NCBI GenBank assembly: GCA_026389585.1
Contig: JAPLHP010000036.1
Location: 41,366-105,365, forward strand
DNA length: 64,000 nucleotides
Source: Chloroflexota bacterium
GTDB lineage: Bacteria; Chloroflexota; Dehalococcoidia; UBA2247; RBG-13-53-26
Direction of reading: 5' to 3'
Under the pieces are notes generated by a model. It was not told where the DNA came from. It did no database searches and saw only the letters and a list, made by a program, of their open reading frames with translations. Shown piece after piece: positions 58,031 to 64,000 of the stretch (the first letter of the stretch is position 1; each line of letters opens with the position of its first letter). The position numbers were made by a program, and so were the translations under genes.

Positions 58031-58659
58031 TTCCCTCCTATCACATTCAGGCAGTAGGCTACGCCTTCCATGGCGTCCAGAGTCTGGAAGTCAGCTCCGA
58101 CGTAGTCCCTCGTCATGGGGGTGGTCACTCCCCCTCCGATCATCAGTTTCGTATTTTTCCTCAGCCCGGCTTCTTGAAGCATCCGGGCAGCCTCCTTCAT
58201 GCTGGGGAAAGCCGTGGTGATGAGCGCTGAGAACCCGACAAACCGAGGCTTGACCTTCTTCACCTCCACCAGCACGCGGGACGGCGGCACGTCCACGCCC
58301 AGATCGTGCACTTCAAAGCCGTGAGCCTGCAGCAGGGTAGCCACGATATCCTTGCCCAGGTTGTGGATGTCGCCCTGCAGCGTAGCCAGCACGACCCTGG
58401 CCAGGGGCTTTTCAGGACGCAACCTGGCCAGGTGCGGTTGCAGTATATTCATCGCTTCTTTGAAGATTTCGGCGGAAAGCATCAGTTCGGCCAGAAAGTA
58501 ATCGCCTTTCTGAAAGCGCTCGCCAACAGTGCTCATGCCATGACGGCATTCTTCCAGGATCCGGAGGGGTTCCTCGCCTTTCTCCAGCCTGGATCTGACA
58601 GCCTGCACCGCCTCATCACGCTTCAACTCGACAATAGCCATGCTAAGTTCTTCAGACAT
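58027..58659 (-). CDS. corrinoid (cobalamin-binding) protein, MtaC-like
   Basis: 210 aa. B12-binding motif GDIHNLGKDIV (DxHxxG). N-terminal helical cap domain. Confidence 0.8.
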   Translation of the reverse strand: MSEELSMAIVELKRDEAVQAVRSRLEKGEEPLRILEECRHGMSTVGERFQKGDYFLAELMLSAEIFKEAMNILQPHLARLRPEKPLARVVLATLQGDIHNLGKDIVATLLQAHGFEVHDLGVDVPPSRVLVEVKKVKPRFVGFSALITTAFPSMKEAARMLQEAGLRKNTKLMIGGGVTTPMTRDYVGADFQTLDAMEGVAYCLNVIGGK

Positions 58660-58693
58660 TTGGCCTCCTTGTTTCCTCAGGCAGCCGTTCCTG

Positions 58694-59236
58694 TCACTTC
58701 AGGGCTGCAACGACTTCTCTGGTCTGTCTTTCCAGGGCTTCTAAAGAAGATTCGTTGGTGATGGTGAAGTCTGCCATGGCGATGGGCCCACCTTTGCTGA
58801 GCTCTTCGATCTCCGCCATGTCCCGGCCGGCAGCTTCATCAAGCGTCAGGGGGCGGATGGGCCTTTTCGTCAACCTCTGATATCGTGTCTGGGGAGAGGC
58901 CCAAACTGCCACCACGGTAAAACGGCCGCCGTAGCGGTCCTTCAACAGAGTGTATTCTTCCCATGAGTAGAGGCCGTCCACAACGACATCAGCCGATTTG
59001 AGGAGGCGATCAATCCTGGGCAGGCTGAGCCTGGCATAAGCTGACATTCCATGCTCTTTTCTGAGTTGTCCCCTGACATACCGTTCGTTTTTCTCGTTCA
59101 GCTCGAGCCCTCTTTCCCTGACCTCTTCATCGGTAATATCGCCGAACCTGACTCTCACAAAGCCGCTATTTTCAAATACTCTGGCTACCTCTGATTTGCC
59201 CGAGCCTGCCATACCAACAATCGATACCACTTTCAT
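58694..59236 (-). CDS. UPF0200-family P-loop nucleotide kinase-like protein (archaeal dephospho-CoA-kinase-like)
   Basis: 180 aa, P-loop VGMAGSGKSEV. Its 3' end has diverged copies at 53490-53629 and 55680-55763. Confidence 0.6.
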   Translation of the reverse strand: MKVVSIVGMAGSGKSEVARVFENSGFVRVRFGDITDEEVRERGLELNEKNERYVRGQLRKEHGMSAYARLSLPRIDRLLKSADVVVDGLYSWEEYTLLKDRYGGRFTVVAVWASPQTRYQRLTKRPIRPLTLDEAAGRDMAEIEELSKGGPIAMADFTITNESSLEALERQTREVVAALK

Positions 59237-59239
59237 GGT

Positions 59240-59806
59240 TTACTTCTTCTCTTTAGTTTTGGGCTGAAGACTCCTTTTTATCTCCTCTTCCTCCTGAGCA
59301 AGCAGCTCCTTCAACTCTGCGACATCATAGCTCTTTACCCCGACACCCCGCTCTCTCATGTGCACCCTGGTGATCCCGGCGTTAATGATCAGTTTCTTGC
59401 AGATCAGACAGGGCCCGTAGATTCGATCATTTTCTCCCCGGCTGGCATCATAGGCATCCTTATTTCTTTCACTGGAAATATACATTTCCCCACCGACTAT
59501 GCTGATGCCCGTCCTGGCGGCATTGATTATGGCGTTTTGTTCTGCATGGACACTGCGGCACAATTCGTACCGTTGACCGGGCGGAATATTGAGTTCCCTC
59601 CTGAGACATATTCCGGTGTCAATACAATGGGCTGTCGTTCTGGGAGACCCCACATAGCCTGAGCTAAGCTCTACACCATCCTGGCCGACAATAATCGCCC
59701 CTATCTTTCTTCTGAGACAGGTACTCATTTCCGATACAACCTCTGCCCGGTTCAAGAAGTGCTCAAACTTGTCAGGTCTTTTCACCTTAGGCCAGCGAGT
59801 AGTCAC
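59240..59806 (-). CDS. dCMP deaminase-family zinc deaminase (ComEB-like)
   Basis: 188 aa, VHAEQNAI and PCLICKK zinc-binding motifs. Confidence 0.8.
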   Translation of the reverse strand: MTTRWPKVKRPDKFEHFLNRAEVVSEMSTCLRRKIGAIIVGQDGVELSSGYVGSPRTTAHCIDTGICLRRELNIPPGQRYELCRSVHAEQNAIINAARTGISIVGGEMYISSERNKDAYDASRGENDRIYGPCLICKKLIINAGITRVHMRERGVGVKSYDVAELKELLAQEEEEIKRSLQPKTKEKK

Positions 59807-59990
59807 GAATCACCCCCTTAATTTCAGGAACTGCTTACAGCAGTCGCGGACATGGCTGGGATAGCTGTGCGAATCGTACATGGGAGGTGGGGAGGGTGTC
59901 AAGAAGGTGGGGGACACCCCCAAGCCCCCGACAAAGGGGCTTCTGCCCCTCTGCACTCCCCAAGGATACGTCAAGGGCTGAACCTGAGAG

Positions 59991-60215
59991 TTACCTTTCC
60001 GGGTGGTACTTGAAGGAGAGCTTCAGCTTGGTGCGGTAGGCACGGACCTTCCCGTTGTCGATCTGCATATCCATCTCGACGACCTCAGCAATGCGGAGGT
60101 CCTCCAATGTCTTAGCAGCCGTCTCCACTGCTACTGCAGCAGCCTTCTCCCATGATTGGGTACTGGTGCCAATGACCTCGATTACGTCGTATACGCTGCC
60201 TGCTCCATCCGTCAT
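59991..60215 (-). CDS. dodecin-family flavin-binding protein
   Basis: 74 aa, VYDVIEVIGTSTQSWEKAAAVAVETAAKTLEDLRIAEVVEMDMQI matches the dodecin fold consensus. Confidence 0.7.
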   Translation of the reverse strand: MTDGAGSVYDVIEVIGTSTQSWEKAAAVAVETAAKTLEDLRIAEVVEMDMQIDNGKVRAYRTKLKLSFKYHPER

Positions 60216-60315
60216 GTCCCCTCCCTTTCTCCTCGTGGACTCTGGTACGCTCCCCGAAGATCAATCGTGCTCTGCATCTTACAGGATATGTTCTGAATAT
60301 GTCAAGGAAGCCGCT

Positions 60316-60801
60316 TCACCTGGCGCCAGCCTTCCTGATCAGGTCCGACAGCACCTCCGCTGCCTGTCTCCGCTTTTCTCTGTTGGCAGTGGTAACGTCG
60401 ATGTACTGGAGGGCTTTTGTTTCACAGAACTTCGCGCACGCCGGTTCACCATCACAGAGGTCACATTTGATGATTTTTCTGGCAGCAGGATCGAAACCCA
60501 TAGCGCCGAAGGGGCAGACTGCCACGCAGAACCTGCAGCCGATGCAGAGATCATAATTTACCGCCACCCTGCCAACGTCTTCGTCCCTGGCGAGAGCCTT
60601 CACCGGACACACCGCCATGCAGGGGGCCGACTCACACTGCTGGCAGAGCATGGGGATGGCGATGCAGTCCTGGTCCCACTTGACGACGGCGACCATGGCC
60701 CTGCCTGGATTCACCGTCCCATTCTTGTTGACAGAGCAGACCACCTCACAGAGCCTGCAGCCGGTACATTTCGAATGGTCTACGATCAGCATTTTCTTCA
60801 T
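60316..60801 (-). CDS. 4Fe-4S dicluster ferredoxin-domain protein (electron-transfer subunit for AOR)
   Basis: Start at MKKMLIVDHSKCTGC. Four CxxCxxCxxxCP motifs. Confidence 0.8.
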   Translation of the reverse strand: MKKMLIVDHSKCTGCRLCEVVCSVNKNGTVNPGRAMVAVVKWDQDCIAIPMLCQQCESAPCMAVCPVKALARDEDVGRVAVNYDLCIGCRFCVAVCPFGAMGFDPAARKIIKCDLCDGEPACAKFCETKALQYIDVTTANREKRRQAAEVLSDLIRKAGAR

Positions 60802-60871
60802 CGTTCGCGCCCTCCCTGCTGAAGTATTGACATGACCGGTGCAACCAGGCACCAGTCAGCGTAACAACCGA

Positions 60872-60921
60872 GATTCTTCGCTGCGCTCAGAATGACACCC
60901 ATTTCTGCCACCAAGCACTAG
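60872..60921. repeat. dispersed repeat family copy E (50-bp miniature: head + tail only)
   Basis: GATTCTTCGCTGCGCTCAGAATGACAC joined to ...CCAAGCACTAG, matching the head and tail of copy A (7225-7460). Confidence 0.6.
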
Positions 60922-62801
60922 ATAATATGCGAAGGTTCCTGGTCCAGGCCTAACCTTACCAGGGTCTCTGATTTGGGTACTCCATTCCTGTCCCAGCCAT
61001 ACACCTCATAGTATTCATCGAGCAACCCTTCAAACTTTTCTCTGTCTATCGTCCTGTCCTTGAACCCGGGCGGGCCGAGAGGAGTCGGTTCCACAAAGTA
61101 GCGCTCGGGCAGAGTATCATCTTTCCTCTTTGCTCCCTCACGATTGTTGAACATCCTCTCCAGGGTACAGATTCGTTCGGCTATTTCCATCATCCCCGAT
61201 GGTGACAGATCAAGGCCCGCGATGTAGTGAACCAGCTTGCAGTAATCCTCGTAGCCAATGCTGGAGGGGCTCATGAAGAGGGGGTAGAATTTGCATGTCC
61301 CCAGAGCATCGGGAATAGCATATAGAAGCTCATGCCACCGGATTAACCTGCCGCTCCCCTCATAGGCATTCATCTCCGGTACCGGGAAACCGAACAGCTT
61401 GTCTCTGATCTCCGGGGGCAGCAGGTGGGCATCCAGGCCAGGGCGGTTTCTCAGGTGGTCAGCACCCCTCGTGGCCACAGCTATGCCTAATGAATGGCTG
61501 GGTGTGGCCCTTTCGTCCGTGTGGAGGCAGCTCATGCCCTTGATGTGAACATTGTAGTAGCGGGACTTTTCTCCCAGCTTCTCTATGGCTCTGAGGGGGC
61601 CCTCAGCCAGAATGTCTCCCAGTCCCTGCCTTTTGGCAATCCGGTGCACCATTTCGTACAGCACCTGCTCGTTGCCCCACTCCAGCTTCAGACCATCAGT
61701 AACCCTGTCATCAATGATGCCTTTCTCATACAGCTCTATCGCCCAGGAGACCATGCTGCCAAGCTCCAGGGAGTCAACGCCGTACTTGTTGACCAGGTAA
61801 TTGCCAACAAGAGCAACTTCCATTCTTTTACAGTCGACCTCTGCAGTGAGGGCCGCCAGCGTACTCCATTCCGGCCCTTCCATGTATTTCCCTTTATCAG
61901 GGCCTTCCGGGACCATATATCTGTGGCGACAGTGAACCGGGCAGCCGAAACAGGCAGCCATCCCTATCGAGAATTTGAGCATGTTCTCGGCATACAGACT
62001 CCCCCCATCCGGAACCTGATTGCGTTGGAAGTTCCTGTTCCTGACGCGGCCGATCATGTCCGAGGTATCGTGCCACGCAGGAGTGCCCAGTCTGGAGAAC
62101 TCTTTCATCGCCGGGCTGTTCCTTAACAGCCCCATAATATGCTCCAGATACCCCATAGCCTCCTTGGTATAGGAAATGCCCAGATCCTGAGTACCCCTCA
62201 CCGCGATGGCCTTCAGCTTCTTCGAGCCCATGACGCAGCCCATTCCCGTCCGGCCGGCGGCGTTCTTCAACCCTCCCAGAACGCAGGCATACCGGACCAG
62301 GTTTTCCCCGGCCAGACCAATGCAGGCCACCTTTATCTCGTCATCCTGATGGCCCTTTCTGATAATGGCCGGCGTCTCGAATGTGTCTTTGCCCCACAGA
62401 TGGGCGGCATCCCGGATCTCAATGTCTCCGTCATGGACCCAGAGGTAGACCGGCTTCTCCGCTTTTCCCTTGATCACCAGATGGTCAAATCCGGCGAACC
62501 TGAGCTCGGGAGCAAAGAAGCCCCCCATGTTGGAGCTTCCTATGAAGCCTGTCAGCGGAGACTTCGCCCCTATGTGACATCTGCCGCTGGATGGAGCCAG
62601 AGTTCCTCCCAGCAGGCCGGCGCTGAAGGTCAGGACGTTTTCCGGGCCCATGGGGTCGCTGCCGGGAGGGATGTGGTTGTACATCAGATACACATCGATA
62701 CCCCTGCCGCCGAGATACATCCGGCGCATTTTCTCCGGAATGGGCTGTTTCTGGATATGGCCGCTCGATAGATCGATATACGCTATCTTCTGTTCCTGCA
62801 T
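60918..62801 (-). CDS. aor: aldehyde:ferredoxin oxidoreductase (tungsten/molybdopterin AOR family)
   Basis: Start at MQEQKIAYIDLSSG. AOR_N and AFOR_C domain organisation, ~627 aa. Confidence 0.85.
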   Translation of the reverse strand: MQEQKIAYIDLSSGHIQKQPIPEKMRRMYLGGRGIDVYLMYNHIPPGSDPMGPENVLTFSAGLLGGTLAPSSGRCHIGAKSPLTGFIGSSNMGGFFAPELRFAGFDHLVIKGKAEKPVYLWVHDGDIEIRDAAHLWGKDTFETPAIIRKGHQDDEIKVACIGLAGENLVRYACVLGGLKNAAGRTGMGCVMGSKKLKAIAVRGTQDLGISYTKEAMGYLEHIMGLLRNSPAMKEFSRLGTPAWHDTSDMIGRVRNRNFQRNQVPDGGSLYAENMLKFSIGMAACFGCPVHCRHRYMVPEGPDKGKYMEGPEWSTLAALTAEVDCKRMEVALVGNYLVNKYGVDSLELGSMVSWAIELYEKGIIDDRVTDGLKLEWGNEQVLYEMVHRIAKRQGLGDILAEGPLRAIEKLGEKSRYYNVHIKGMSCLHTDERATPSHSLGIAVATRGADHLRNRPGLDAHLLPPEIRDKLFGFPVPEMNAYEGSGRLIRWHELLYAIPDALGTCKFYPLFMSPSSIGYEDYCKLVHYIAGLDLSPSGMMEIAERICTLERMFNNREGAKRKDDTLPERYFVEPTPLGPPGFKDRTIDREKFEGLLDEYYEVYGWDRNGVPKSETLVRLGLDQEPSHII

Positions 62802-62894
62802 TTCAGCCTCCTCGTGCCCCAGACCGAATCGAGAGCACAATCATTTCCGGCAGTGAAACTGCTGCCCCATATCGTTTCTGCAGCCGATCAACGG

Positions 62895-64000
62895 TTACGC
62901 TTTAAGGCCATAGGCTTCCTCCAGCATCTGAACAGGGTGTGTGGCCTTGATCCCGGTGCCCGCCTCTATCTGCAACTGGCAGGCGGCGCAACTGGTGATG
63001 ACCCTGTCCGCCCTGGCCATCCTGATCTCGGTGAAGAGCTTGCCACCGATCTCCATAGCCAGGTCCGAATATTCCTTCTTGTAGCCGTGATAGCCGGCCA
63101 TGCCGCAGCAGTTGGCGTTCACACGGCTGATAGATAACCCCGGGATGAGGTGCATCAGCTCGAGTGAGTCCCCGGCGCTGTCTTGAACCTTGAGGTGACA
63201 GGGAAGGTGATAGAAGGCCGACTGTGCTATCTCGGCCATATCGCTGTTGAGGTGGCCTTCACGCTTTAAGTGCATGAGGTATTCGTCCACATAGTAAGTA
63301 TGACTGGAGACCAGCCTGGCCATATCGCTGTCACAGAGACCCGGATACTCCCGTTTGATCATGAGGGCGCAACTGGGACAGGTGGCCACGATATCGCAAC
63401 CGTCGGCGATCATGGCAGCCAGGGAGTGGATATTATACTCCGCATTTCTGTGAAAGGCACGCCTGTTCTTGTTGGCCATCATGGGCATGCCGCAGCACTT
63501 CTGGCGGGGAATCAGTACCTCAACGCCGTTTCTTTCCAGGACCCTGACCATGGCCTGGGCCACCTCCGGGCGGTAATAGTTGGCAAAACAGCCGACGTAG
63601 CAGGCCACTTTTCTATGGGCTGCTGTCTTCGGGCTGCGTCCACTTTGCCTGGCAAACCAGTGCTGGAACGTCTCACGGCCAAACCGGGGCAACTGCCTCC
63701 TCGCATCGAGGCTGAGGCCCGCCTTGATTATGGTTCTCCCCGGGTCAACGTTGATCACAGCATTGGAAACGGGTGCAGCGACGGACCCCACCCTGGCAAG
63801 AGCCTCCGGGTTCCCCAGGATGCGGTCACGCAGGCTCCGCCCGTGTTTGGCAGCCCAATCTGCCTGAGCTTGCCACATCAATGACGGAAGGTCAATCGAT
63901 AGAGGACATTCCACACGGCACGTTTCGCAGTGAAGGCACGTGTCCATTAATGGATTCTGGCCCAGGAGGAACGTGAAGAGGTGATCCCGGGGACTCCAGA
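62895..64000 (-). CDS. Fe-S cluster-binding protein with two CCG domains (GlcF / heterodisulfide-reductase-like), probably 5'-truncated by window edge
   Basis: CxxCxxCxxxCP at the ORF start is the second half of a 2x[4Fe-4S] region. Two cysteine-rich CCG motifs (CCGMPMM, CCGMAGYHG). Confidence 0.7.
   Translation of the reverse strand, partial: WSPRDHLFTFLLGQNPLMDTCLHCETCRVECPLSIDLPSLMWQAQADWAAKHGRSLRDRILGNPEALARVGSVAAPVSNAVINVDPGRTIIKAGLSLDARRQLPRFGRETFQHWFARQSGRSPKTAAHRKVACYVGCFANYYRPEVAQAMVRVLERNGVEVLIPRQKCCGMPMMANKNRRAFHRNAEYNIHSLAAMIADGCDIVATCPSCALMIKREYPGLCDSDMARLVSSHTYYVDEYLMHLKREGHLNSDMAEIAQSAFYHLPCHLKVQDSAGDSLELMHLIPGLSISRVNANCCGMAGYHGYKKEYSDLAMEIGGKLFTEIRMARADRVITSCAACQLQIEAGTGIKATHPVQMLEEAYGLKA

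Overview
This window comes from a bacterial chromosome of moderately high GC. It carries several archaeal-type genes (UPF0200 kinase, short thymidylate synthase, dodecin, tungsten AOR) and corrinoid methyltransferases, which would fit an anaerobic Chloroflexota-like organism, but no lineage can be assigned from sequence alone. The window splits into two parts.

Housekeeping part (1 to ~33,100):
- Genes present: valS (partial), a REP-flanked RAYT transposase, coaBC-coaX-nnr, metF, folE, an ABC exporter, hom/thrC, rpsR-ssb-rpsF-glyA-comF, thyA-like/dut, nadD, and dnaA.
- dnaA sits at a sharp strand switch, with minus-strand genes to the left and plus-strand genes to the right. This marks the likely chromosomal origin in the dnaA-flanking intergenic regions.
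- Downstream are a PadR-DUF1700-DUF4097 operon, a tRNA-Arg/tRNA-His pair, ispDF-cysS, two tiny promoter-equipped ORFs, and a histidine kinase/response regulator pair.

Accessory part (~33,400 to ~58,700), a mosaic defense and toxin-antitoxin island:
- mazEF.
- An HTH-nucleotidyltransferase/HEPN-like cassette bracketed by 52-bp direct repeats.
- An integrase C-terminal remnant.
- A 12.8-kb minus-strand operon: DUF499 (BrxC-like) ATPase, DUF3780, DUF1156 amino-methyltransferase, PLD-nuclease::SNF2-helicase fusion, 57-aa zinc ribbon, GmrSD type IV restriction enzyme and an unknown cysteine-rich protein. This looks like a BREX-like/Hma-like module.
- A translationally coupled HD-phosphohydrolase + Panacea (DUF4065) pair, which is a candidate new toxin-antitoxin or defense system.
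- XRE-ImmA/IrrE + PIN-like pair.
- AbiEi/AbiEii.
- Two diverged remnants of the 3' end of the UPF0200 kinase gene, which point to serial site-specific integration at that gene's 3' end.

A previously unnoted dispersed repeat family occurs four times (three roughly 100 to 240 bp copies and one 50-bp miniature), sharing a GATTCTTCGCTGCGCTCAGAATGACAC head with AATGACAC-type tandem units in the longer copies.

The window ends with a corrinoid methyltransferase trio, dCMP deaminase, dodecin, and an AOR/ferredoxin/FeS-CCG oxidoreductase cluster. No rRNA and no CRISPR array were seen.
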